This document shows positions 28,333 through 37,335 of a stretch of 46,729 nt of DNA, one piece after another. Under the pieces are notes generated by a model that did not search any database, was not told where the DNA came from, and saw only the letters and a program-made list of their open reading frames with translations. Every line of letters begins with the position of its first letter. Within the stretch, counting starts at the first letter, position 1. The translations under genes and the position numbers were made by a program. This DNA comes from an uncultured bacterium. Its GTDB lineage: Bacteria > CAYUVA01. Location of the stretch: positions 1-46,729 of the forward strand of contig CAYUVA010000038.1 of assembly GCA_964448115.1 (NCBI GenBank), read 5' to 3'.

Positions 28333-29151
28333 CTACCAGTCCTTTTCTACCTCGACTCTGCCCTGTTTTTGCATAAGGAGCTTTTTCAGGATCTCCTTCT
28401 CATTTTCATCTAGGTTTTGAAGCAACTGCAAGGCTTGTTGTATATCCATTTGATTTTCATCTTGTTCATCTGAGGGCTGGGCTTGTGCCACCTGTGGTTG
28501 CGGTGTAGGGGTTTGTCCACCGTTATCCGTTTGTTGCTCCGGTGGTTTTTGTTGTTTTTCTTCGCCCTGGGATGGCTTTTGTTGTTTTTGCAAGGCTTCA
28601 GCCTTTTGTTTCTCGTTGGATTGTTGTTGCTTATCCTGTTGATTACCCTTTGCTTGTTGCTGCCTGCCTTTCAGGGTTGTTTGTTTTTGTTTCTCAGCCT
28701 GCTCTTTTATCTTTTTCCTGACATACTCCAGGTTATACTTGACATCCATATCGTCCGGAGCAAGCTCCAGAGCCTTCTTGTATTGCAATATAGCTTGGTC
28801 CCATTTCCCCTGGTAAAAGTAGGCATTGCCCAGGTTGTAATATGCCTTTTGTTGCAGGCTTATATCGCTTGCCTCGGTCGCCTTGGCATATTCCTTTACA
28901 GCCTCCTCGTATTTGCGCTGTTTCATATAGACATTGCCAATATTGTAGTGGACGATAGGTGAGTCTGGTGCCTCCAGTAGTGCATCTGTATATAGCTTGA
29001 GAGCCTCCTGGTAGTCCTGTTGCTCGAAAGCCTGATTTGCGCGGTTATTCTTCTGCGCTAATGGATCCTTGAGTTGGAAGGAGCAGAATAATGGCACAAG
29101 AAAAAAGCTAAGCAGCAAGGCAATTCTATAATCGAGCCTATCATGCCTCAT
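28333..29151 (-). CDS. batC: BatC-like TPR protein with Gln-rich linker
   Basis: TPRs (YNLGNAYF, YKKAL..P.D.D.KYNLE), Q-rich linker, terminal EKDW. Confidence 0.85.
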   Translation of the reverse strand: MRHDRLDYRIALLLSFFLVPLFCSFQLKDPLAQKNNRANQAFEQQDYQEALKLYTDALLEAPDSPIVHYNIGNVYMKQRKYEEAVKEYAKATEASDISLQQKAYYNLGNAYFYQGKWDQAILQYKKALELAPDDMDVKYNLEYVRKKIKEQAEKQKQTTLKGRQQQAKGNQQDKQQQSNEKQKAEALQKQQKPSQGEEKQQKPPEQQTDNGGQTPTPQPQVAQAQPSDEQDENQMDIQQALQLLQNLDENEKEILKKLLMQKQGRVEVEKDW

Positions 29152-30169
29152 ACCTTATTAAGCCTCCACTATTTTTTTTCTTATCGGTAATTATCGCCTC
29201 CATGAACAGCAACAGGATGGCAACGATAAGGAAATACTGGTATCTCTCCTCGTATTTTATCATTTTCTTGGAGCGCAGCTCCTTTTTCTCCATGGACTCT
29301 ATCTCCTTGAAGATCTTGCCAAGGTCAGAGCCTTGCGGTGAGGCGAAGTAGTAAGCACCATCGGTGAGCAGCGCGATCTTCTGGAGTGTTACATCATCCA
29401 GGGCGCTGATGATCGGTTCTTGGTTCTTATCCTTCTTGTATCCGATTTGCACGCCCTGTTCGCTATAGATCGGGATCGGCTCTCCCCGCTTGGTGCCAAT
29501 TCCAATGGTATAGATCTTGACTCCCTCCTTTGCTGCCTTTTTGGCTGCCTCTATCGGGTCTCCCTGAAGGTTTTCACCATCGGTCAAGAGGATCAACACC
29601 TTGTATTTTCGTTCCGAGCGCACGAACGAGCTGGTCGCTATCTCGATTGCTGAGGCTAAATTGGTGCCGGGCACAGGTACAATGCCGACATCTATGGTTT
29701 CCAGAAACAGCTTGGCTGCCCCATAATCCAAGGTAAGTGGACAGAGAACATAAGCCTTTCCTGCAAAAGGGATTAAGCCTATGCGATCCCCCTTAAGTCC
29801 ATCGATGAACACCTGTAGCTTGCGTTTAGCTTCCATTATTCTTGAGGGCTTTATATCTTCTGCCAGCATGCTTTTGGAGGTATCGATTGCGATGAAGATA
29901 TCCAGTCCCTTACGGTGATACTCGGTGAGCACGCTTCCCCACTGCGGGCGTGCCAGGGATAGTATTAAGCAAAATATAGCTGCTATAATGAAAAGAGCCT
30001 TAAGCACCTGTTTTCCCTTGCTGACCAATGATGTCAGTTGCCTCATCAACACGCTGTCTCCGAAGCGTGATATGGCTCTGGATTTAAGCTTGAATACGAT
30101 GAAATAAAATATACCAATCAATGGCAGGATGAGAATCAGCACCAGGTACTCGCTTTGGGCAAATCGCAT
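29141..30169 (-). CDS. batB: BatB vWA domain membrane protein
   Basis: LARPQWG, MIDAS DTSKS, MLAEDIKPSR, PLTLDY, LLTDGE. Confidence 0.9.
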   Translation of the reverse strand: MRFAQSEYLVLILILPLIGIFYFIVFKLKSRAISRFGDSVLMRQLTSLVSKGKQVLKALFIIAAIFCLILSLARPQWGSVLTEYHRKGLDIFIAIDTSKSMLAEDIKPSRIMEAKRKLQVFIDGLKGDRIGLIPFAGKAYVLCPLTLDYGAAKLFLETIDVGIVPVPGTNLASAIEIATSSFVRSERKYKVLILLTDGENLQGDPIEAAKKAAKEGVKIYTIGIGTKRGEPIPIYSEQGVQIGYKKDKNQEPIISALDDVTLQKIALLTDGAYYFASPQGSDLGKIFKEIESMEKKELRSKKMIKYEERYQYFLIVAILLLFMEAIITDKKKNSGGLIRYEA

Positions 30170-31159
30170 CTAGGGCACCCTCCTGAAGATGGTATTTGCC
30201 ATGATGATCTCCAGGATCAAAAGGATAAAGGCTGGCAGAATGAAGAGGCTAAAACGGTCATTGTATTGGGTGTATTCCTTTACCTTTATATCGGTCTTCT
30301 CCAGCTTGTCTATGGTCTCGAAGACATTCTTTAGCGCTTGGGAATCAGTTGCCCGATAGAACTTTCCGTCGGTGATCTCAGCTATCTGCATCAGGGTCTC
30401 TTCATCGATATTAGATTCGACCATCTGGTAGGACTTGCCAAATAGTGGGTCATGGACCGGATAGGGGACGGGACCTTTTTTCCCTACCGCGATGGTATAA
30501 ATTTTCACCCCCAGCGCTTGGGCAGCTTTGGCAGCGGTAATGGGATCTATCTCCCCTGCATTGTTCACTCCATCGGTAACCAGGATGATCACCTTGCTTT
30601 TAGCCTTTGTATCCTTGAGTCTATTGAGACAGGTTGCGATGGCGCTTCCGATGGCGGTAGCATCCTTGAAGGCACCAATTTCTATCCCGGACAGTAACTC
30701 AAGCAGCACTGCATAATCGAGGGTCAGGGGACACTGTGTGAAGGCGACCTCGCCGAAGGTTACCATGCCGATATGGTCGTTAGTTCTACCCTTGATGAAC
30801 TCAGCCACTACCTCCTTGGCGGTCTGGAGCCTGTTTTTCGGTTTGAAGTCCTCGCCGAGCATGCTGCCGGATACATCAAGCGCTATCATTATCTCGATCC
30901 CCTCGGTGAGTATCTCGCTACTCTTCCAGCCCGCTTGGGGTCTCGCTAGGGCTACCACTAGTAGAACCAAAACGATCGTTCTTATCATTACCAGAGAATG
31001 GGATAATTTATGGCGCAGGGTCGGCTTCACTGCCCGAAGACGGGAGACATCGCTGTAGCGAATTGCCCCGCAGTTCCCCCTGATACGAGATAGATATGCC
31101 AAGATCACAGGGATAATCGTAATGAGAAGCAGAAGGTAATGGTAATCAAGTAACCTCAT
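30170..31159 (-). CDS. batA: BatA vWA domain membrane protein
   Basis: ALARPQ, MIDAS DVSGS, PNR-like KNRL, TAIG.A, TDGVNNAG.I.P, G.FYRA, ID.LEK. Confidence 0.92.
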   Translation of the reverse strand: MRLLDYHYLLLLITIIPVILAYLSRIRGNCGAIRYSDVSRLRAVKPTLRHKLSHSLVMIRTIVLVLLVVALARPQAGWKSSEILTEGIEIMIALDVSGSMLGEDFKPKNRLQTAKEVVAEFIKGRTNDHIGMVTFGEVAFTQCPLTLDYAVLLELLSGIEIGAFKDATAIGSAIATCLNRLKDTKAKSKVIILVTDGVNNAGEIDPITAAKAAQALGVKIYTIAVGKKGPVPYPVHDPLFGKSYQMVESNIDEETLMQIAEITDGKFYRATDSQALKNVFETIDKLEKTDIKVKEYTQYNDRFSLFILPAFILLILEIIMANTIFRRVP

Positions 31160-32247
31160 TTGTTCATCTCCTCAAGCTCCCCATCCTTTGGTTGTTCGAC
31201 GGATGGACTTACTGTAGGATCTGGAATTTCTTGCTTTGGTCTCGATTCGTCTCCTGCATGAGAATCCTTGTGTTCACTCTCTTCTTCGAGCCTCTCGATG
31301 ACCAGGTATTTGGTCTCATCGACTATGGTCATTCCCTGGCTGAAGGTTTGTTCTATCTCATCTTGCTGGGGAATGTACTTTGCGAACTTGACCAGGTCGC
31401 AATCCGTTAGGAAACGACTGGTCATCTTGAGGTGCTCATCACGCATCCCTGATAGTGAGAGGCTTGCAATAAGCTGCTGGGTAGTACTCTCAAGGGCTGG
31501 GATAATGTAAACCCTGCCCAGGTATTCCCTTATGATTTCAGAAAGCTGTAGGTAAAACTCCTTGATCTTTCCCTGGCTCAGAAGGTCGGACTCATCGAGC
31601 TGGCGCAGTTTCCGGTAGGCGACCTCATGGGGAGGCTTTTGTTCCTCCTCAAGTAGCCTTCTAGCCCTGGCTTCCTTGTACTTCTTGATTGCGAACCAAC
31701 AAACAAGCAGCAGACAAACAACTCCAAGGGCGCCAGCGCCCAGAATGTAATATCCACTAAGATCCGGCTCGATGCTGAATGGAGGCTTCTCCGGTCTTAG
31801 TCCCTCATCCTCGCTGGGGGTTACACTCTTGCAGGTAACCTCGTGGAATAGGGTGTTGATGGTTCTAGTAGCGCCGCTTTGGTCGGTATAGATTATCTCA
31901 AGTGGCGGTATGGTGAACTCGCCGACCTCGTAGAGCGTTATCTTGGCTACATGCCGAAGCAGCATATTACCATCTTCTTGCTTGATAGGATCTCCAAGCC
32001 GTACCTGCTGTATCTCGAAACCTCCGAGATTCATACCGAAGGATATAGGTGATATCTCGATACCGGGTTGGTAGGTAACTTTTATTTCATAGGTGATAGG
32101 ATCGCCCACCGTGATCTCGGTTTTATCTATACTGCTTATAACCTCGATTGCATTTTGTCCTTGTCCCCATGCAGTTGGCGGCATAAGCAATAGAGCTACA
32201 AGTAGCACTCTCAGCAGCCAAATCTTTGCTTTTGAATTTGATCGCAT
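31156..32247 (-). CDS. Bat-operon membrane protein (BatD-like N-terminal domain, single TM, DLVKFAK C-terminus)
   Basis: Signal peptide, I.VGD, TM, PPHEVA..L..L, ALESTT, DLVKFAK. Usual position between DUF58 and batA. Confidence 0.8.
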   Translation of the reverse strand: MRSNSKAKIWLLRVLLVALLLMPPTAWGQGQNAIEVISSIDKTEITVGDPITYEIKVTYQPGIEISPISFGMNLGGFEIQQVRLGDPIKQEDGNMLLRHVAKITLYEVGEFTIPPLEIIYTDQSGATRTINTLFHEVTCKSVTPSEDEGLRPEKPPFSIEPDLSGYYILGAGALGVVCLLLVCWFAIKKYKEARARRLLEEEQKPPHEVAYRKLRQLDESDLLSQGKIKEFYLQLSEIIREYLGRVYIIPALESTTQQLIASLSLSGMRDEHLKMTSRFLTDCDLVKFAKYIPQQDEIEQTFSQGMTIVDETKYLVIERLEEESEHKDSHAGDESRPKQEIPDPTVSPSVEQPKDGELEEMNK

Positions 32248-33515
32248 TACTGTTGGGCTTGCTTGATCTTGTCCTCGAAGATGCGCACCTCTTGAGCCTT
32301 CATCATCCTTCGCACCAGCTCATTTTTGACCTTTTCAGCCTTTTCGTTGAACAGTTTTTGAGAGGCAACTTGCAGCGCTTGTTCCCGGGGCAATTGTTGT
32401 GATGGGATTATCGAATCCACCTTGATTATGTGATAGCCCTTTTCGGTTACGATAGGCTCGGTATATTCACCGCTGGGGGTGGAGAACACAGCCTCTGAGA
32501 TCCTCTCATTGTAACCGATACCTGGGATGGATCCGTCTTTTTCGACCTTGCCGATCTTGCCGCCATCATCCTTGGTTTTATCATCGATCGAATATTCAGT
32601 AGCCACCTCATCGAAGCTCTTGCCTGACTTCAATTCTTTGATCACCTTATCTGCCTGCGCGCTGGTGCGCACCAGGATATGGCTTATCTCTCTTCTTTCC
32701 GGGGTAATGAACTCATGCCGGTTAGCCTTGTAATAAAGCTCCACATCATCCTCGGTTATTTCGATCTTCTCGCTTAATTCTTGTTGGATGAGCTTTTGTG
32801 CCATCATCGCCTTCTTGAAGTCAAAGGTGGCGGCGATGATATCCTTATCCCTGTCCAAGCCCTTTCGTTTTGCAGTATTGTATAAAAGCTCGCTTGCGAT
32901 GTATTCATCGAGCAGCCTGCGCATGCCACCAGGCTTCTCGTACTCCTTTTGCAAGCTCTGGGGCATCTTCTGCAATTCATGTTGAAGGTCTCCCATTGTA
33001 ATCTTTCTGTCCCCGATAGTAGCCACTACCACGCCTTTTCTTTCACCCAGGTCTGGCTTGGTTTCCTCCAACGATGTCTCAGCTTCGAGCACATTTTGTG
33101 CATCTAGCGATCTTTGCAACCTCTCCAGGCACTCCACTATCCGTTGATTGATCTTTTTGCGCAGAGTATCGCCTTTTAGGAAGTGTTTTGCCATGATGTA
33201 CTGGGCAAGGGCATTTTGATAATCCTTCAGCCTATCCATGTAGATGTTGCCTACCAGGTAGTGTATGTTGCTTCGTTGCTTATCCGAGAGGTTGCTTGAT
33301 TCCATGTACTCCATGTATTGATTGATCGCCTGGGGATAAAGCTCGTTGTTATAAAGCTCGATAGCAAGCTGCCTAGCATCCTCTCCCCGCCCAGACTCGG
33401 TTACCTTCTCATCACCGTTTCGGTTATAGACAATCAGCGCACCCAACAGGATGGTGCTAAAGATGAGCACCGCTATTACACTGAAATTGCTAGATGTTTT
33501 CTGTGCACCCGACAT
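32247..33515 (-). CDS. Membrane-anchored TPR + parvulin (PpiC/SurA/PrsA-like) peptidyl-prolyl isomerase
   Basis: N-terminal TM, TPR helices, VVA.IG...IT, SHILV, F.EVA.EYS.D, GG.IG, GYHIIKV. Confidence 0.88.
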   Translation of the reverse strand: MSGAQKTSSNFSVIAVLIFSTILLGALIVYNRNGDEKVTESGRGEDARQLAIELYNNELYPQAINQYMEYMESSNLSDKQRSNIHYLVGNIYMDRLKDYQNALAQYIMAKHFLKGDTLRKKINQRIVECLERLQRSLDAQNVLEAETSLEETKPDLGERKGVVVATIGDRKITMGDLQHELQKMPQSLQKEYEKPGGMRRLLDEYIASELLYNTAKRKGLDRDKDIIAATFDFKKAMMAQKLIQQELSEKIEITEDDVELYYKANRHEFITPERREISHILVRTSAQADKVIKELKSGKSFDEVATEYSIDDKTKDDGGKIGKVEKDGSIPGIGYNERISEAVFSTPSGEYTEPIVTEKGYHIIKVDSIIPSQQLPREQALQVASQKLFNEKAEKVKNELVRRMMKAQEVRIFEDKIKQAQQ

Positions 33516-33550
33516 TTTTTCAATCCTTTGCTGTATTTTTTCATGATAGC

Positions 33551-34528
33551 CTATCTGAACTTGTTTGCCCTTGCCTTGAAGAACTGGACCAGTGGCGGTA
33601 TGAAGTCTTTATCTGTATAGAAGTTTATCGAATCGAGGCTTAGGCTGCGAAATAGCTTGTCCCTGTTTTGCTGGGACTCGAGGTTTATTGCTGACACTGT
33701 CTTTCTTACAGCTTCGCTTGCAGTATCGATAAGCATAGGCTCGCCGGTCTCGGCATCATATAGCATGACCAGCCCTATATTTGGCAGTTCCCGCTCCCTG
33801 GGATCCGATAGGGTTATACATATAACATCGTGCTTTTTATTTGCGATCTGGAGAGCCTTGGAGTAATCGGGGCTGAAGAAGTCGCTGATCAAGAAGACGA
33901 CCGCCCTTCGCTTCAATATTTTATTCATAAACTCTAAGGCGGCGGCGATATCGGTCTTGATCTCATCCGGCTCAATAAAAAGACGCTGTCTTATGGAGTG
34001 ATATAGTGCCTTGATTCCCCTTGGCTTCGAGTTTGCGTGGACAAGTTTCTTTCCATCCTTATCAGAGGGCTGGAATGTAAGCGCTTCGCTGATCACTCGA
34101 AGCACATGTTTCCTTCCTTTCTTTGGTGGAATGTACCTCTCGATACGGTTGGTGAAGATTATCATCCCCACCCGGTCGTTATTTTTTATGGCTGAGAAGG
34201 CGAGGACTGCGCATACCTGTGCAGCCAGGTCTTTCTTAAGCTGTTTTACGGTGCCGAAGCGTCCGGATGCGCTGGCATCGACCATCAGCATCACGGTCAG
34301 TTCTCGTTCCTCGACGAATTGCTTGACAAAGGGCTTTCCCATGCGAGCGGTTACATTCCAGTCGATGGTGCGCACCTCGTCTCCAACCTGGTACTCGCGC
34401 ACCTCGTTGAACTCGACTCCTCTCCCCTTGAAAACGGATTGGTACTGTCCCGCCATGACCTCGTTGACAACGCGATTGGTGAAGATCTCGATGCGTTGTA
34501 TCTTTTTTATTACCTCGTCAGGAAGCAT
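33551..34528 (-). CDS. DUF58 domain protein (MoxR-associated, vWA-like)
   Basis: S.FKGRG.EF.EVREYQ.GD..R.IDWNVTAR, EEREL, DASAS, ISDF. Confidence 0.93.
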   Translation of the reverse strand: MLPDEVIKKIQRIEIFTNRVVNEVMAGQYQSVFKGRGVEFNEVREYQVGDEVRTIDWNVTARMGKPFVKQFVEERELTVMLMVDASASGRFGTVKQLKKDLAAQVCAVLAFSAIKNNDRVGMIIFTNRIERYIPPKKGRKHVLRVISEALTFQPSDKDGKKLVHANSKPRGIKALYHSIRQRLFIEPDEIKTDIAAALEFMNKILKRRAVVFLISDFFSPDYSKALQIANKKHDVICITLSDPRERELPNIGLVMLYDAETGEPMLIDTASEAVRKTVSAINLESQQNRDKLFRSLSLDSINFYTDKDFIPPLVQFFKARANKFR

Positions 34529-34791
34529 CTCTAGTCATCGCTAAATAGATTGCTTGATCACAAATTTATTACTATTTCATCGATATTTAGTTCCAGAGAA
34601 AGAAGGCGTGAGGGTTATTGAACCACTAAGGCAGGAAGACACAATGAAGAAGTGATATGGTGATAAAGGAAATATGTTCCTCGCACCCTATTTACACTTT
34701 GCGTCTTTGGGGGAGGTCTGTTTCTTTGTTTAATTATCTTTGGGTGAGATTTTTTTCCTTTATCACTGGTTTTTATATCAAATCAAAAAAC

Positions 34792-34826
34792 GGATTGACT
34801 AGTCAGTCCACTTTGTGTAATATAAT
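34792..34826 (+). promoter_or_regulatory. Putative TetR operator overlapping a sigma70 promoter
   Basis: 18-bp near-perfect palindrome GGATTGACTAGTCAGTCC (34792-34809) contains the -35 TTGACT. TAATAT/TATAAT lie at 34818-34826. Confidence 0.65.
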
Positions 34827-34893
34827 ACCAAAATGGTCGTGATGCGGATCCAAGTACCGATGCAGAAAGATGTGATGGCAAGATACTGAGGGT

Positions 34894-35544
34894 ATGTCTC
34901 CAGATTTCGATATGACAGCTAGCAACAAAGAAAAATCTAATAAGCAACGAAAAAGACGAACTCGACGAAAGCTCATCGATGCAGCAGCTACCGTGTTTGT
35001 GCGCAAAGGATTCCACGATACGCAGATCGGCGATATAGTAGCTCAAGCGAATCTCGGTCAAGGCACCTTCTATCGCTATTTCAAAAATAAGCACGATATA
35101 TACGAAAATCTGCTTGATGATTTCGTTGCCCGGCTGATGGATGGCTTTTCAGAGATGTCGCTCAATCCACCTAATGACATCAATGAATACAGGGATGCAT
35201 GCATAAAAGGCTACGGGAGGTTTGCCGAAACCATAATGGAAAATCGCCAGATGGCGTTGATGCTGCTCCGTGAGACACCGGCGATCAATGAATACTTCGA
35301 GCAAAAGATGTCGCGACTCATAGGGCAGTTCGCTGGCCTTGCTCGCTTCTATCTCGATCATGCGATAAAAAGCGGTTATGTTCGCCCATGCAACTCCAGG
35401 ATAGTAGCCGAGCTGCTGGTCGGAGGGGGCTTGCGGCTTGTTGAGCAATGGTGCAAGGGGAGTTTCCAGGACATCCCAGCTCAACAGATCATCCAACAGG
35501 GAGTGGATCTAATATTCTTCGGATTCAAACCATTTGAATCTTAA
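34894..35544 (+). CDS. TetR/AcrR family transcriptional regulator
   Basis: LIDAAATVF..KGFH.T...DI...A....GTFYRYF.NK helix-turn-helix. Confidence 0.93.
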   Translation: MSPDFDMTASNKEKSNKQRKRRTRRKLIDAAATVFVRKGFHDTQIGDIVAQANLGQGTFYRYFKNKHDIYENLLDDFVARLMDGFSEMSLNPPNDINEYRDACIKGYGRFAETIMENRQMALMLLRETPAINEYFEQKMSRLIGQFAGLARFYLDHAIKSGYVRPCNSRIVAELLVGGGLRLVEQWCKGSFQDIPAQQIIQQGVDLIFFGFKPFES

Positions 35545-35598
35545 GGATTGACAGGTGTTTCACTTACCATAAATCATGATAGCGAAAGGTATGAAAAG

Positions 35599-36459
35599 AT
35601 GGCGAAATTAAAAGGGAAGAAGGTGCTCATCACTGGGGCAGCCCAGGGGATCGGGTACTACACGGCGGAGAACTTCGCAAAGGCAGGCTGTGAGCTTTTC
35701 TTGAGCGATATCAACAGTGAAGCACTCCAAAACGCAGAGAAAAGGCTTTCTAGTTCAGGTGTGTCCATACATACTTACATACTTGATATCGCCCAAAAGG
35801 ATATGGTCGATTCAATGGCTAAGGACATCATTGAGAACTACGGCGGGATCGATATCTTGATCAACAATGCCGGCATCGGTTACCTCGGCGAGATTGCGGA
35901 TACTCCCTTGGAGAAATGGAAAAGGCTGATGGATGTTAATTTCTGGGGTGCCTTGTATCACTTTTACGCCTTCCTTCCCAGCATGATCGAGCGCCGCGGG
36001 GGGCATGTGGTCAATGTATCATCGGGTCAGGCTTTCTTCAGGCTACCAACCTGGGGGGTCTATGCTGCGATAAAGACCGCTCTCGGAGTCTTTTCAGAGG
36101 TCTCCCACTTCGAGCTGAAGAAGTACAACATCAAGGTTACCACTGTATATCCGTTTATGGTCAATACTGGCTTCTATGATAATGTAAAGGCGGATACATT
36201 CGGCGCTAAGCTGTCGATGAAACTGGTTCCTTATTACTCGCAGTCGCCTCAAAAAGTGGGCAAGATAATCTTCAAGGCGGTAAAAAAAGGTGTGCGCATA
36301 GAGACGGTGCACCCGCTGAACGAGTTCGGCAAGCTATCACAGGTACTATCGCCCTTGGGATTCACTATCGGCACGGTAAGCAACCTGTTTCTCGGAAAGG
36401 GAGCCAAGGAGTATGAACAACTAGTATCAAAGGAGAAGGATAATGGGAAGACTGAATGA
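35599..36459 (+). CDS. Classical short-chain dehydrogenase/reductase
   Basis: TGAAQGIG, NNAG, VNVSS, YAAIK. ATG at 35599 preferred over the TTG at 35548. Confidence 0.92.
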   Translation: MAKLKGKKVLITGAAQGIGYYTAENFAKAGCELFLSDINSEALQNAEKRLSSSGVSIHTYILDIAQKDMVDSMAKDIIENYGGIDILINNAGIGYLGEIADTPLEKWKRLMDVNFWGALYHFYAFLPSMIERRGGHVVNVSSGQAFFRLPTWGVYAAIKTALGVFSEVSHFELKKYNIKVTTVYPFMVNTGFYDNVKADTFGAKLSMKLVPYYSQSPQKVGKIIFKAVKKGVRIETVHPLNEFGKLSQVLSPLGFTIGTVSNLFLGKGAKEYEQLVSKEKDNGKTE

Positions 36460-36946
36460 TCTCAGAAGGATGATTAAAGAGAAAAGGATCGGGTTCCTTT
36501 TCGATGAGGTTATGACTGGAAAACATAGGTTCGAGCCGGGCTTCGGTCCTCCTGGCGATAAATTCATGCAGTTCAAGGCGACCTGGGGACCAAAGCATTT
36601 CAGCGAGTGGATCAATCCATTTGGCGAAAAGTTCCTCATCCAGGAGCTTACAGGCACGGTAACAATCGAGGGATTATGCGAGAATGCACCCATGAGCGGT
36701 ACTTTAGAGCTTAAGTATTTTAGCGAGCGCAAGATCCGTTATACCTTCGAGTTCACCATCGAGGGCAAGAAGTACCAGTATATTGGTGAAAAGGTTAATA
36801 TCCTGCCCTGGAACCTGCCTACATCTCATACAACCTGCTTCGGAAGGCTAACCGAAAAAAAGACCGGTAAGCTGGTATCGACCTCGGTTACATATTTCAA
36901 GCTAAAGACCATGCCTGGATTTCTACTGAGCTTCCGGCTGGCATGA
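36443..36946 (+). CDS. Hypothetical beta-rich protein, resembling the accessory domain of cholesterol-oxidase-like GMC proteins
   Basis: F.E.M.G...G.V.I.GL...G.L...RY.F.F...G..Y...GEK pattern, recognised from memory. Overlaps the SDR stop and has a GGAG SD. Confidence 0.55.
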   Translation: MGRLNDLRRMIKEKRIGFLFDEVMTGKHRFEPGFGPPGDKFMQFKATWGPKHFSEWINPFGEKFLIQELTGTVTIEGLCENAPMSGTLELKYFSERKIRYTFEFTIEGKKYQYIGEKVNILPWNLPTSHTTCFGRLTEKKTGKLVSTSVTYFKLKTMPGFLLSFRLA

Positions 36947-37021
36947 TAGGAAAAAAATATCAAGATTCCCTTACTGGCTTGCTCCAGGATTACAGATAGC
37001 GATAATTGCCCTCTCCCCTAA

Positions 37022-37175
37022 GAGTCTGTCTCAAAATGTCCAAGAAGTTCCACACCCTGTCATTGCGAGCGAAGCGAAGCAATCTCTATCTTATTGATTA
37101 TAAAGAAGATTGCTTCGTCGTCGCGACTTGCCGGGACTCCTCGCAATGACATGTTGGGGGTTTTGAGACAGAGTC
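37022..37175. mobile_element. 154-bp MITE-like element with 15-bp terminal inverted repeats (IS1182/IS5-like ends)
   Basis: Left end GAGTCTGTCTCAAAA and right end TTTTGAGACAGAGTC are 14/15 complementary. No transposase. It interrupts a hairpin that is intact in the related repeat copy at 44.87-44.89 kb. Confidence 0.7.
37058..37151. repeat. RPE/REP-like palindrome inside the MITE
   Basis: Outer arms TGTCATTGCGAG...CTCGCAATGACA, inner arms CGAAGCAATCT...AGATTGCTTCG. Confidence 0.8.
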
Positions 37176-37300
37176 AGTTTGGGGGGAGAAGAGGGGGGAT
37201 ATCCCTCGATTTGGTCCCTATTGTAAGAAAAATCGGGACTCCGCTCGGGATGACATATAGTTTGATCATGCGCCTTATGGGTAAGGACTGGATGCCCGCC
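37176..37300 (+). repeat. Dispersed composite palindromic repeat, copy 1
   Basis: Inverted match to 44756-44880; 53/54 identical over 37247-37300 versus 44756-44809. Confidence 0.85.
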
Positions 37301-37335
37301 TGCGCGGGGGTAGGCTTTGCGTGAAAAGCATTCTT

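Noticed and set aside
11322-34528. A single 23-kb operon spanning Bat, pilin and ECF genes
   Set aside because: The genes are co-oriented, but separate promoter-like motifs precede the pilin cluster (25475-25502) and the ECF gene (15527-15551) in 200-400 bp gaps, so a functional link remains inference only.
37094-37324. ORFs 37094-37324 (+) and 44720-45004 (-) sharing KIGTPxGMTYxLIMRLMGKDWMPA, suggesting a small-protein family
   Set aside because: The similarity is fully explained by the palindromic DNA repeat, and the ORFs start in unrelated sequence.
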